This document shows positions 36,813-46,139 of a stretch of 48,087 nucleotides of DNA, piece by piece (within the stretch, counting starts at the first letter, position 1; the number at the start of each line of letters is the position of its first letter). Source of the stretch: Desulfobacterales bacterium (GTDB lineage Bacteria; Desulfobacterota; Desulfobacteria; Desulfobacterales; RPRI01); assembly GCA_030689795.1 (NCBI GenBank), contig JAUYEO010000182.1:1-48087 (forward strand), given 5' to 3'. The translations under genes and the position numbers were made by a program. The notes beneath the pieces were generated by a model. The model was not told the DNA's origin. It was given only the letters and a program-made list of their open reading frames with translations, and did no database searches.

Positions 36813-37919
36813 ATGAAAAGCAAAGTTTTTTTCACAAATTTGAGAGCAACTCACAAGGAAAACCTGTTTAGAAAGTTGGAAAAACTGCTTGAAACAGCCG
36901 GACTATCAGAAACTGTAAGCAAAAGAGATATTGTTGCTGTAAAAATTCATTTTGGTGAAATGGGAAATGCCGCCTTTATACGCCCCGTATTTTTGCGCAA
37001 GATCGTTGAGTCAATTAAATCAACAGGAGGAACGCCTTTTTTGACCGACGCAAACACTTTGTATTCCGGAACCAGAAGTGATGCACCGCATCATCTTGTA
37101 ACCGCAACACAAAACGGCTTTGCCTATTCCGTTGTGGAAGCTCCTCTTATCATTGCAGACGGGTTGCGCGGAAAATCGGAAACGGCTGTTGAAATTAACC
37201 GGAAGCATTTTAAGCAGGTATATATAGGGTCTGAAATTGTCCAGGCAGATTCTATTGTATCTGTTGCCCACTTCAAGTGCCACGAGCTTTCAGGGTTCGG
37301 CGGAACCATAAAAAATCTCGGCATGGGGTGCGCATCAAGAAGAGGAAAAATGGCTCAGCATTCAACAGTATCCCCTGCAGTTAAAAAGAAAAAATGCATA
37401 GGATGCGGAGATTGCGTGGAGCATTGCTCGCAGCAGGCCATCTCTCTTGTTGAGGAGAAAGCGATTATTGACCCCGGCAAGTGTATAGGCTGCGGCGAAT
37501 GCATTCTCATATGCGCAAACAGCGCCATACAGATAGAATGGAACCAGGCGATTCCCGTTTTTCTCGAAAAAATGGTCGAGTACACAATGGGCGTATTAAA
37601 AAACAAGAAAGGCAAGGCCTTGTTTATAAATTTTATTACGGATATATCTCCAGCCTGTGACTGCTATCCTTATAATGACGCTCCAATTGTAAGAAATATC
37701 GGGATAGTAGCATCAAAAGATCCGGTTGCCATAGACCAGGCCTCTGTCGATCTGGTAAACAGCGAGCAGGCTCTTCCGGGTTCGTGCTTGAAATCTTCTT
37801 TGGGTCCGGGCGAAGACAAAATCAAGGCTCTTTATCCCGGAGTTGACTGGCCGTCACAGCTTGAGTATGCTGAAAAGATCGGACTTGGGAAAAGGAGTTA
37901 TGAAATTATAGAAGTATGA
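36813..37919 (+). CDS. DUF362 domain protein with 2x[4Fe-4S] ferredoxin insert
   Basis: VAVKIHFGE, HFKCHELSGFGGTIKNLGMGC, CIGCGDC and CIGCGEC, SPACDC, DPVAIDQAS. Confidence 0.9.
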   Translation: MKSKVFFTNLRATHKENLFRKLEKLLETAGLSETVSKRDIVAVKIHFGEMGNAAFIRPVFLRKIVESIKSTGGTPFLTDANTLYSGTRSDAPHHLVTATQNGFAYSVVEAPLIIADGLRGKSETAVEINRKHFKQVYIGSEIVQADSIVSVAHFKCHELSGFGGTIKNLGMGCASRRGKMAQHSTVSPAVKKKKCIGCGDCVEHCSQQAISLVEEKAIIDPGKCIGCGECILICANSAIQIEWNQAIPVFLEKMVEYTMGVLKNKKGKALFINFITDISPACDCYPYNDAPIVRNIGIVASKDPVAIDQASVDLVNSEQALPGSCLKSSLGPGEDKIKALYPGVDWPSQLEYAEKIGLGKRSYEIIEV

Positions 37920-37979
37920 CCGGGTTTTCGGCTTCAAACACCAAAAAAACCACCGCACATCGAGAGATTGAGTTGTTCT

Positions 37980-38711
37980 ATGCTGCTATCAAATAATAAA
38001 AAAATCTTATATATGGCAACCATACTGATTGCCCTGCTATCAATTCTGTTTGTTATTGATGAAATTGACAATAACAGCCATAAAAAGCCGGAGGATGTGA
38101 AAGCATTATATCCCGAGAGCTTCACGTTTTTTGATCTGGGATCCAACACCGAATTATCGGATGAAATCATAAAAACGCTTTCCGGACAGATTGGCTCCTA
38201 CGCTGTCGAAAAAATGATGACTCTCGATCTTATTATACGCGACAAAGTGTTTTTTAATAAAAATTTTCCCAAACTTTTCGGGTTGCATTATAAATTAAAC
38301 GACGAAGCAGGAGCAAGGATTGAGCACAATATTACAAATCTTGTTTTCAGATATCCACAGAAAGAAAACACACCCTTTGATAACGTGAAACTCGTCTTTT
38401 CAAACTACTCAAAAAAACCGCTGTTCTTTTCCATTACATCGAGGAAAAAGGAATCCGACATAACAGATACTTTAAAGGAAAAATACGGCGAGCCCGTTTT
38501 AATAAACTGGGACGACGGGAAAAGCAAATCCATGCTCTGGGAAAAAAACAGTGATTATCTGGTCTTTTCCCGGATTCCAGAAAGGGGCAGTTTTAAATAC
38601 AGCATAATGATTTACTTTGTAAATAATATTGAAAACCTTTTGCAGATAGAGCAGGATGAGATTAAAAAACGGGAAGAGGCAAGAAAAAAGGCAGGTAAAA
38701 CAGCTTTTTAA
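37980..38711 (+). CDS. Hypothetical membrane-anchored protein
   Basis: N-terminal hydrophobic helix; long ORF; no recognised motif. Confidence 0.65.
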   Translation: MLLSNNKKILYMATILIALLSILFVIDEIDNNSHKKPEDVKALYPESFTFFDLGSNTELSDEIIKTLSGQIGSYAVEKMMTLDLIIRDKVFFNKNFPKLFGLHYKLNDEAGARIEHNITNLVFRYPQKENTPFDNVKLVFSNYSKKPLFFSITSRKKESDITDTLKEKYGEPVLINWDDGKSKSMLWEKNSDYLVFSRIPERGSFKYSIMIYFVNNIENLLQIEQDEIKKREEARKKAGKTAF

Positions 38712-38797
38712 TATACTTCCCTTATTAGCAGGCACCCCATATCCCAACATGGCATTAGATCGGATATTATTCAAAGGTATTTGAGAGGATTTTTAAA

Positions 38798-39457
38798 ATG
38801 TCCTTAAAATCTGTTCCAACCCGTGGAAGAACTCTTGATTACGCAGCTGGTGTTTATGACATATTTGAGCCAATGTTACTTTTTGGCAGGCAAAGCGAAA
38901 TGAACAATCAGCTTATCGGACTTCTTGAAATAAAAGAATCTCACAGAATTCTCGATATAGGATGCGGAACCGGAATCGTTGCAAAAATAATTGCAGACAA
39001 ATTGAGCGCTGAGTCCGGCGGTTGTGCTGTAGGAATTGATGCTGCCGGCAAAATGATTGAAGGAGCCAGAAAAAAACGTGGCAGTAAAACCTGTTTTTTT
39101 GATGTAGCTGCAGCGGAGGCCCTTCCTTTTGAAAATGAATATTTTGACTCAGTGATTTCCACACTCTTCTTCCACCATATTCAGCTCGACCTGAAAGAAA
39201 GGGCCTTTGCAGAGGCTTTTCGTGTCCTCAAACCAGGAGGTAAACTGATTCTTTCAGATATGCATACTCCTACAACGTTTATGGGAGCGCTCATATCGCA
39301 TGCCTCCCGCTGGATCCTGTTTCAGCCACAGATCGGAGAAAATATCAGAGGAGTTCTGCCCGGAACAATTGAAAAGGCCGGGTTTGATAAGCCAAAGATT
39401 GTTTCGACATATTTTGGATATATTGCGGTATTTGTCAGCCAAAAACCATCGAAATAA
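38798..39457 (+). CDS. Class I SAM-dependent methyltransferase (UbiE-like)
   Basis: ILDIGCGTG, AEALPFENEYFD, FRVLKPGGKL. Confidence 0.92.
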   Translation: MSLKSVPTRGRTLDYAAGVYDIFEPMLLFGRQSEMNNQLIGLLEIKESHRILDIGCGTGIVAKIIADKLSAESGGCAVGIDAAGKMIEGARKKRGSKTCFFDVAAAEALPFENEYFDSVISTLFFHHIQLDLKERAFAEAFRVLKPGGKLILSDMHTPTTFMGALISHASRWILFQPQIGENIRGVLPGTIEKAGFDKPKIVSTYFGYIAVFVSQKPSK

Positions 39458-39461
39458 TCAA

Positions 39462-40496
39462 ATGACTATCATGCAGAAAATAAAAGATTCAGGCGGAAAA
39501 GAAATAGAAAACACTTTCAAATCTTTGAAAGAGGAGTTAGAAGAAGCTTTATGCTCATATTGGAATATTGCAACTCAGATTCTTGATAAAAGCGGAATCA
39601 AGGTTATTCCTCTCGGTTCCGAATATATTTCTATCGAAAGAAATTTCTTTTCAGCCCTTTTTCTGTACTCATACTTTCGGGCAGGTATACCAAAGCCAAG
39701 GCGAATCTTGTACGCAACCGCAAATCAGTGCTTACGCGGAATGGTCACCGGATGCGACAATATTCTGGATAACGAATATAAAAAAACGCTTGATACAGAT
39801 CTGCCGCAACAGGCGTCAAAATTTCGTTCAATACTTGACATCATGATTTCAGACCGTGTTCTGTTTTCAATCCTTCACAAAGAGCACAAGGCCGGTAGTC
39901 TGACTATAGACCAGGTACTGACTGCAACTTATGCTTCTTTACGCACCCTTGCAAAGAGTGGCGCACAGGAAGCGTCTGAAGAAGGCGAATACAAAGAAAT
40001 ATTAAGTCCTGAAAACATATTGAGTACTATCCACCATTATAAAACCGGCTTGCTTTTTCAGTCTCCGTGGGCTTTGCCCGATATAATTGAACCAAATGGT
40101 GTGAAGGATGTTTCCGATATAGAGAATGCCTTGTTTCAAATCGGCATAGGGTGCCAGATATTGGACGATATGGTCGATTTGGCTATGGATATCAGAATGA
40201 AGCGTCATAACTATGTGGCTTCATTAATATGGCACGGAGCAAATTTAAAAGAAAGAGCAGGCCTTGAAGGAAAATTTATCACGACCGGCAACGGCAAAGA
40301 AAATCAGGAGATTCTTTTCGAATTTCCGGATGCGAGGCGTATTGCAGCAACTACAGCGCTGAATTTTCTTAATAACGGAACAAGGATGCTTTTTGATAAA
40401 GCCCATCATTTTATGGTGAATGCGTCAATTTCATTTATTTCCGGCCGGATAGGGGCGGACCGTTATCTTTTTGATATCGAAAGACAAACAAATTAA
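39462..40496 (+). CDS. Class I isoprenoid biosynthesis enzyme (trans-prenyltransferase/terpene synthase fold)
   Basis: FARM-like CDNILD, HHYKTGLLF (KT motif), SARM IGIGCQILDDMVD; start reassigned to ATG 39462, just after the methyltransferase stop. Confidence 0.75.
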   Translation: MTIMQKIKDSGGKEIENTFKSLKEELEEALCSYWNIATQILDKSGIKVIPLGSEYISIERNFFSALFLYSYFRAGIPKPRRILYATANQCLRGMVTGCDNILDNEYKKTLDTDLPQQASKFRSILDIMISDRVLFSILHKEHKAGSLTIDQVLTATYASLRTLAKSGAQEASEEGEYKEILSPENILSTIHHYKTGLLFQSPWALPDIIEPNGVKDVSDIENALFQIGIGCQILDDMVDLAMDIRMKRHNYVASLIWHGANLKERAGLEGKFITTGNGKENQEILFEFPDARRIAATTALNFLNNGTRMLFDKAHHFMVNASISFISGRIGADRYLFDIERQTN

Positions 40497-41659
40497 TGCC
40501 TTTTCTCTTTTGGATTAAAACAGCAGGCCTTTTTCTTGTCAGGTCACGGCGATCAACAGTGGTCCTCATCCTGATGGTCTTTAGCTCCGTGTCAACCCTT
40601 ATTTTTCTTGCATCCCTTGCAGTCGGCATGAATGATGCCATGATAAGGAACTCGGTCAGCCTCTTTTCAGGACACATTTCCGGCTTTAATCTCCCGATAA
40701 CTATAAACAGGAAAAGTTTGTTCACAGACGGAGTTTCCAATGTCCTGATACGCATTCCGACCCAGGGGATCCTCAGCCACGGTGGGAATCTGGCAATGGT
40801 TACTTTGATTGCCGTTGACCCGGCTGAAGAAAAGAAGAGCACTGAAATATGGAAGAAAATTGTTCAGGGAAGATACCTTGAACCGGGGAAAAAAGAGATT
40901 TTTTTAAGTAAACCTGTTGCCGAACAACTGAACATAGAACCTGGGGACAATATCGGTTTTAGCCCTGATCTTGATTCGCCTCCTGTTGAACTTGCGGTAG
41001 CAGGCATATATAATACAGGCATGTATCAACTCGACAGGGGCATTGCTTTTTGCCAGATTGCTGCCGTTCCTGCCAAAGCCGCGGAATGGAATGCTGCAAT
41101 CTTTTTAAATGACGGGGCAGATAAGGATTTAATTCTTGCCGGATATCACAAGGCTTATTTAATAGACTCTCTTTTTAAAACATGGTCGGATTTGATGCCT
41201 GATCTCAAACAATTGATCGACCTTAATTATATCTCCATGAGCATCGTAATGGTTCTTGTTTTTGGAGTGGTATCGCTTGGAATTGCCTGTGCTTTTTCAA
41301 TCTTTATTTTAAAAAACCTTCGGGAATACGGGATTATGAAAGCAATGGGAGTCAGTCCCGCTGAAACGCTCTTTCTTATTTTCTCTGAAGTGGTTCTTAT
41401 GAATCTTGCTGCCTCGTTTATTGGGGTAACAGGAGGTATTGCTGCCGTATTGGTGTTTCAGCGAACCGGCATAGATCTTTCTGTTTATACCTCACACAAT
41501 CAATACTTCATTGTTTCAGGGGTTATTTTCCCGAGGCTGACCGCATATTCGGTCTGCCTTGCGCCTTGTCTGGCTCTTGTTTTCAGTGTTTTTTCGGCAA
41601 TATGGCCTGCTGCTCTTGTGATCAAAAAAAACACATCCCAAATATTAAGGAGCATTTAA
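40496..41659 (+). CDS. ABC transporter permease, FtsX/LolC/E/MacB type
   Basis: One N-terminal TM, periplasmic domain (GRYL), REYGIMKAMG motif, three C-terminal TMs; TAATG coupling. Confidence 0.9.
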   Translation: MPFLFWIKTAGLFLVRSRRSTVVLILMVFSSVSTLIFLASLAVGMNDAMIRNSVSLFSGHISGFNLPITINRKSLFTDGVSNVLIRIPTQGILSHGGNLAMVTLIAVDPAEEKKSTEIWKKIVQGRYLEPGKKEIFLSKPVAEQLNIEPGDNIGFSPDLDSPPVELAVAGIYNTGMYQLDRGIAFCQIAAVPAKAAEWNAAIFLNDGADKDLILAGYHKAYLIDSLFKTWSDLMPDLKQLIDLNYISMSIVMVLVFGVVSLGIACAFSIFILKNLREYGIMKAMGVSPAETLFLIFSEVVLMNLAASFIGVTGGIAAVLVFQRTGIDLSVYTSHNQYFIVSGVIFPRLTAYSVCLAPCLALVFSVFSAIWPAALVIKKNTSQILRSI

Positions 41660-41664
41660 ACGCA

Positions 41665-42342
41665 GTGATTCGTACACGCAGCCTGTCAAAGAGCTTCAGC
41701 ACCGGCAGGAGAAAGGTTCAGGCCCTGTCCGATGTTTCCCTTTTCGTAGATACAGGTATGACACTTACGGTTATGGGAAAATCCGGTTCAGGTAAAACCA
41801 CGCTTCTCAACTGTATAGGAGGCATTGAAAGGCCTGACACCGGCAGTGTCGAATGTTTTGGAGTTGACATTCATGCCCTTTCAAGCAGAGATCTTTCTCT
41901 TTTTCAGCGCCGCAATGTAGGTTTTGTGTTTCAATCCGGGAATCTTCTTTCATACCTGACAGTATCTGAAAACATAGCCTTTCCTCTGATTATAAACGGC
42001 ATCCGAAATAAAGAAAAAGATAGGCGTATTTTGGAATTGCTTGATAAAATAGAATTATCTGATGCCGCCCGGGCAATGCCTTATGAGCTTTCCGGAGGAG
42101 AGGCTCAAAGAGTGGCTTTTGCGAGAGCAATAGCTCACTGCCCAAAAATGCTTCTTGCAGATGAACCGACGGCAAGCCTTGATACCGAGACAGGCAAAAA
42201 TCTTGTAAAACTCATGTTCACCATGGGCAAAGAGGAAAAATGTACAATAATAATCTCAACGCATGATCAGGAAATAATCAAGCTGTCATACAAGTCATTA
42301 AATATCAGGGATGGCAAAGTGAAAGGCCCGGAAAATGAATAG
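41665..42342 (+). CDS. ABC transporter ATP-binding protein, LolD/MacB type
   Basis: GKSGSGKTT, LSGGEAQRVAFARA, LLADEPTASLD, STHD; probable GTG start at 41665. Confidence 0.93.
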   Translation: MIRTRSLSKSFSTGRRKVQALSDVSLFVDTGMTLTVMGKSGSGKTTLLNCIGGIERPDTGSVECFGVDIHALSSRDLSLFQRRNVGFVFQSGNLLSYLTVSENIAFPLIINGIRNKEKDRRILELLDKIELSDAARAMPYELSGGEAQRVAFARAIAHCPKMLLADEPTASLDTETGKNLVKLMFTMGKEEKCTIIISTHDQEIIKLSYKSLNIRDGKVKGPENE

Positions 42343-42586
42343 ACTGTTAAAAATAATCCTTTTAGCAGGGGGTCTTACATTTGCCTTCGGATGCGGCTAC
42401 AAAGCTTATCTCGGCTTACATGGGACTTCGATCAGATTACATCCGGATGTACACAAATCTGTTACGGAAGACAGGCAATGCCTCGAATGTCATCATCCTG
42501 ACAATCCGAAAGGGCCGCCTACTCCGCATCCAACTTTTACAGGCTGTATCAAGTGCCATAATGATGAGAATGGGACTAAAAAATAA
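42335..42586 (+). CDS. Small diheme c-type cytochrome lipoprotein
   Basis: Lipobox AFGC; CLECH and CIKCH heme motifs; extra His residues as possible distal ligands. Confidence 0.82.
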   Translation: MNRLLKIILLAGGLTFAFGCGYKAYLGLHGTSIRLHPDVHKSVTEDRQCLECHHPDNPKGPPTPHPTFTGCIKCHNDENGTKK

Positions 42587-42641
42587 ACCGGAAGAATGCA
42601 TTCAAATTCCGCTTCAAGGCAAATCGCTCAATTCAGGAAAG

Positions 42642-42688
42642 CCCGCAGATTGGCGCCGAGATCGCACAAAAGAGCAATGTCCGGACGG
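42642..42688 (+). repeat. Dispersed repeat family B, partial copy
   Basis: 40/47 identical to 47904-47950. Confidence 0.75.
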
Positions 42689-42721
42689 AAACCAACTTGA
42701 TACCGGAAAGGAGAAAGCAAT

Positions 42722-43495
42722 ATGTATGAAAGAACGGCCAAAAACATAGCCTATATCGCCGGACGCTGGCCACTTGCTCCTGAAAGGCCGACTCTTATAT
42801 TTATTCACGGCTCCGGAGGATCAAGCGCTCTCTGGGAAAATCAGGTCGATGCGCTAAAAACACATGTGAACACAATAGCCATCGATCTACCGGGTCACGG
42901 GCAGAGCGCCGGTCCGGGTCTGGACAGAGTCGAAGATTACAGCGCTGCGGTGGCGGATTTTATCGAAACAGCCGAAATACCGGCGCCCATTCCATGCGGC
43001 CTGAGTATCGGCGGAGCCATTGTCCTGCAGCTTATTCTGGAGTACAAGACACGCTTTAAAGCTGCAATACTTGTAAATACCGGCGCGCGCCTTCGTGTGA
43101 TACCTTTGCTTTTTGAAACAATTAAAAATGATTACAAGGGATATTTAAACTCGATCACAGCTTTTGCAGCTTCAGAAAAGACCGATCTTGTGAAGCTTGC
43201 CTCCTTTATGGCAGAATCGGCAAAATGCCCGCCGGAGGTGACATATGGCGATTTTACAGCGTGCGACAAGTTCAATGTAATGGAAAAACTCTCTTCCATA
43301 ATCACACCGGTTCTGATATTGACGGCGGAAGATGACAAGCTCACTCCGCCAAAGTATGGCTCATATATAAAAGAGCACATTAATAATGCATCCATCACCG
43401 AAATAAAAGATGCCGGGCACCTGTCACCCATAGAACAGCCGGAAGCATTCAACCTGGCGGTCATTGATTATTTGAAACGGGAAAAGCTTATTTGA
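42722..43495 (+). CDS. Alpha/beta fold hydrolase
   Basis: FIHGSGG, DLPGHG, GLSIGG nucleophile elbow, EDDKLTP, AGHLS. Confidence 0.92.
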   Translation: MYERTAKNIAYIAGRWPLAPERPTLIFIHGSGGSSALWENQVDALKTHVNTIAIDLPGHGQSAGPGLDRVEDYSAAVADFIETAEIPAPIPCGLSIGGAIVLQLILEYKTRFKAAILVNTGARLRVIPLLFETIKNDYKGYLNSITAFAASEKTDLVKLASFMAESAKCPPEVTYGDFTACDKFNVMEKLSSIITPVLILTAEDDKLTPPKYGSYIKEHINNASITEIKDAGHLSPIEQPEAFNLAVIDYLKREKLI

Positions 43496-43521
43496 TGGTG
43501 CAAAAAGGAGTTTTTGAAAAG

Positions 43522-44196
43522 ATGAATTCAGAGATGCGGCAATATCTTCAAACTTCACCAACCATAGACTTCGATAATGCAGCCGTCATCAGTTTTATAA
43601 GGAACAACTCAGGCGATGCAACCGATCCGCGAAAGCAGGCGATCAGTCTTTATTACGCTGTGCGGGACGGCATCCGCTATGACCCATATGCAATCAATTT
43701 GTCGGTTGAAGGACTCCGTGCAAGCACGACGCTTGGCACAGGCCGGGGCTGGTGTGTGGCAAAGGCGATTCTTCTTGCCGGGTGCTGCCGGTATTTAGGA
43801 ATTCCAGCCCGTCTTGGTTTTGCCGATGTGCGAAACCATCTCACCACCGCGCGCCTGCGTGAGCTGATGAAAACGGATCTCTTCTTCTGGCATGGTTATA
43901 CATCAATTTACCTCAGTGGAACATGGGTCAAGGCAACGCCCGCCTTTAACATAGAGCTCTGTAAGCGATTCCGGCTGAAACCTCTCGATTTTGACGGCCT
44001 GAAGGATTCAATATATCACCCGTTTGATCTTGAAGGGAACAAGCACATGGAATACGTAAGGTATCGCGGAGAATTTGCCGATGTTCCCATAGATCAGATA
44101 ATTGAGACCTTTCGCCGGGAATATGCCCCGGACGATTCATCCCTGAAGGAAGCGGACTTCGACCGTGATGTGGAAATAGAAACACAGAATCATTAA
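43522..44196 (+). CDS. Transglutaminase-like family protein
   Basis: VRDGIRYDPY, GWCVAKAILL, GIPARLGFADVRNH, WHGY, WVKATP. Confidence 0.9.
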   Translation: MNSEMRQYLQTSPTIDFDNAAVISFIRNNSGDATDPRKQAISLYYAVRDGIRYDPYAINLSVEGLRASTTLGTGRGWCVAKAILLAGCCRYLGIPARLGFADVRNHLTTARLRELMKTDLFFWHGYTSIYLSGTWVKATPAFNIELCKRFRLKPLDFDGLKDSIYHPFDLEGNKHMEYVRYRGEFADVPIDQIIETFRREYAPDDSSLKEADFDRDVEIETQNH

Positions 44197-44285
44197 CAGT
44201 CTGAATAAGCCGGGGGGTAAGTCATGAAAAACTGCACTCCTCTGCCTGCTTCTTAACCGGGGCATTAAAATGAAGTAATAATAAG

Positions 44286-44882
44286 ATGACAAATTTAATC
44301 GACATCAGCTACTTTAGTGAACTTGCCGGAAAAAAACCCGAAGATCTCTGCCGGCTCGCATTATGCGATTATGATACAAAGAAGAAAAGTTATATATTAT
44401 CCGTCTGGGGTGAAGATTATGGCATCTATCCTCATGACCATAAAATAATACGCCTTCGGGACAGGAAATCGGATATAAATACTTTGTTCGGCCTCTTTAT
44501 TATTTATTATCTTTTAAGGGCAAAGGAAATTAAAGTCAGCAAAGAATGGATATCGGAAAAAGATATTCCCGGTGGCGCCACCTTTTTTCGTGGTCCGCAC
44601 AAAATTCCCACGCAATTGATAGAACGGCGATATGGAAAAGATATTCAGGGATTCAAAGAAATATGTAAGCAGTTGTCCGGAATCAGGCTCGATATGGCAG
44701 ACGCAGCCTATTTTTTTCAAATAATGCCCCGCATTCCGGTGGCGGTTCAATTCTGGAACGGGGACGATGAATTTCCGCCGGAATCAAAAATTCTGTTCGA
44801 TAAAACCATTACCGAACATCTGACCCCTGATATCATATTTTGTCTGGCAGTTGAAATTTGTCAAAGAATAAGCGGGGAATAA
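44286..44882 (+). CDS. DUF3786-family protein
   Basis: WISEKDIPGGATFFRG, PRIPVAVQFWNGDDEFPPESKILFD. Confidence 0.85.
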   Translation: MTNLIDISYFSELAGKKPEDLCRLALCDYDTKKKSYILSVWGEDYGIYPHDHKIIRLRDRKSDINTLFGLFIIYYLLRAKEIKVSKEWISEKDIPGGATFFRGPHKIPTQLIERRYGKDIQGFKEICKQLSGIRLDMADAAYFFQIMPRIPVAVQFWNGDDEFPPESKILFDKTITEHLTPDIIFCLAVEICQRISGE

Positions 44883-44896
44883 GAAAGGGCATAAAA

Positions 44897-45161
44897 ATGA
44901 AACTTCAGGAGGAGATCAATGGTTTGCTGAAAAAAGTAAGACAGAGTCTTCACCTTGCCGGAAGAACTTCGTCCTGTCTATGCCCAATTCGGTATTGATC
45001 TGCCGGCCGCCAATGGTGATAACAGTTTTGAACTTCCTGTGCCCGCCTCATACGTGATTAACCGGGACAGTATCATTATGCTGGATTTTGTAGAAGTGGA
45101 CCATATAAAAAGGATCGAGCCTTCTTATATAATAGCCGCATTGAAAAAGATTGCGGTTTAG
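44897..45161 (+). pseudogene. AhpC/TSA (peroxiredoxin-like) gene with large internal deletion
   Basis: N-terminus MKLQEEINGLLKKVRQSL joined out of frame to the C-terminus VFTLPEELRPVYAQFGIDLPAANGDNSFELPVPASYVI; catalytic region absent. Confidence 0.75.
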
Positions 45162-45208
45162 GAATAGAACAATAACCGTCGGCCTTAAAAAGAGAAAGGA
45201 TAAAGTTT

Positions 45209-45568
45209 ATGACTGATAACGTGCTGGTAGTTCTATCATGCGGAACCGACAACCCCAATCGTACAACCCGCGCTCTGTTTTTTGCCATGGTGGCTCATAA
45301 AGAAGGAAAAAAATCAGCGGTATTTCTCCTTGATGAAGGAGTTTATGTTGCCAAGAAAGGTATGATAACCAATGTCAGGGCAGCCACAGGGGATAGCGCT
45401 GATGATCATATCACTTATCTCCAGGAATACGGTATCCCGATTTATGTGTGTACCCCTTGCGCAAAATCGAGACAAATTTCAGAATCTGATCTTATAGACG
45501 GGGCAAGAATGGCAACAGGTATGGAATTAATCAGATTGGCTTGCGAAAGCACTGTAATAAGCCTTTAA
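45209..45568 (+). CDS. DsrE/DsrF-like family protein
   Basis: VFLLDEGVYVA, IYVCTPCAKSR, DLIDGARM. Confidence 0.85.
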   Translation: MTDNVLVVLSCGTDNPNRTTRALFFAMVAHKEGKKSAVFLLDEGVYVAKKGMITNVRAATGDSADDHITYLQEYGIPIYVCTPCAKSRQISESDLIDGARMATGMELIRLACESTVISL

Positions 45569-45597
45569 GAAAATTAAATAAAACCGAAATATTGTAA

Positions 45598-46035
45598 ATG
45601 GACGTTCTCGCAGAATACGGTTATATAGGCCTTTTTACGGCTTCATTCTTAGCCGCAACAATACTTCCTCTTGGTTCTGAGTTTGTGTTGATTTATTTAT
45701 TGTTGAACAATTATGACCCGTTTCTGTCGATTACAGTGGCGACTTTCGGAAATGTGTTGGGTTCCGTTACAAATTATGCTTTGGGATTCTGGGGAAGCTT
45801 TCTGATAATGGAAAGGCTGTTACGATTATCTCAAACGCAAATCGCCCGATCTGAACAAAGATTCAAAAAATATGGAGTTTTCAGCCTGTTGTTAGCCTGG
45901 GTACCGATTATCGGCGATCCGCTGACAGTTGCAGCAGGAATATTAAAAATCAATATTTATCTGTTTTTGATCCTGGTGACCGCCGGCAAGCTATTCCGAT
46001 ATATAATAGTCGGTATCTCAGTGCTTTCATTATAG
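45598..46035 (+). CDS. YqaA / DedA (VTT domain) membrane protein
   Basis: SFLAATILPLGSE, GNVLGSVTNYALG, LLAWVPIIGDPL, GKLFRY. Confidence 0.9.
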   Translation: MDVLAEYGYIGLFTASFLAATILPLGSEFVLIYLLLNNYDPFLSITVATFGNVLGSVTNYALGFWGSFLIMERLLRLSQTQIARSEQRFKKYGVFSLLLAWVPIIGDPLTVAAGILKINIYLFLILVTAGKLFRYIIVGISVLSL

Positions 46036-46139
46036 ATTTCAGCATGAATTGCATGGCAAGGAGTGGCGGCTTGGAATTGCGATACAGAGCGGAGAGCAGG
46101 CAGACGCATCTGAAGCCGGTGTTGTGAAACGGTTTCAAA

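Noticed and set aside
39300-39461. Long N-terminal extensions in track ORFs (also 7529, 13421, 41566, 47940)
   Set aside because: They overlap neighbouring genes or repeats; downstream starts have better RBS or coupling and match family N-termini
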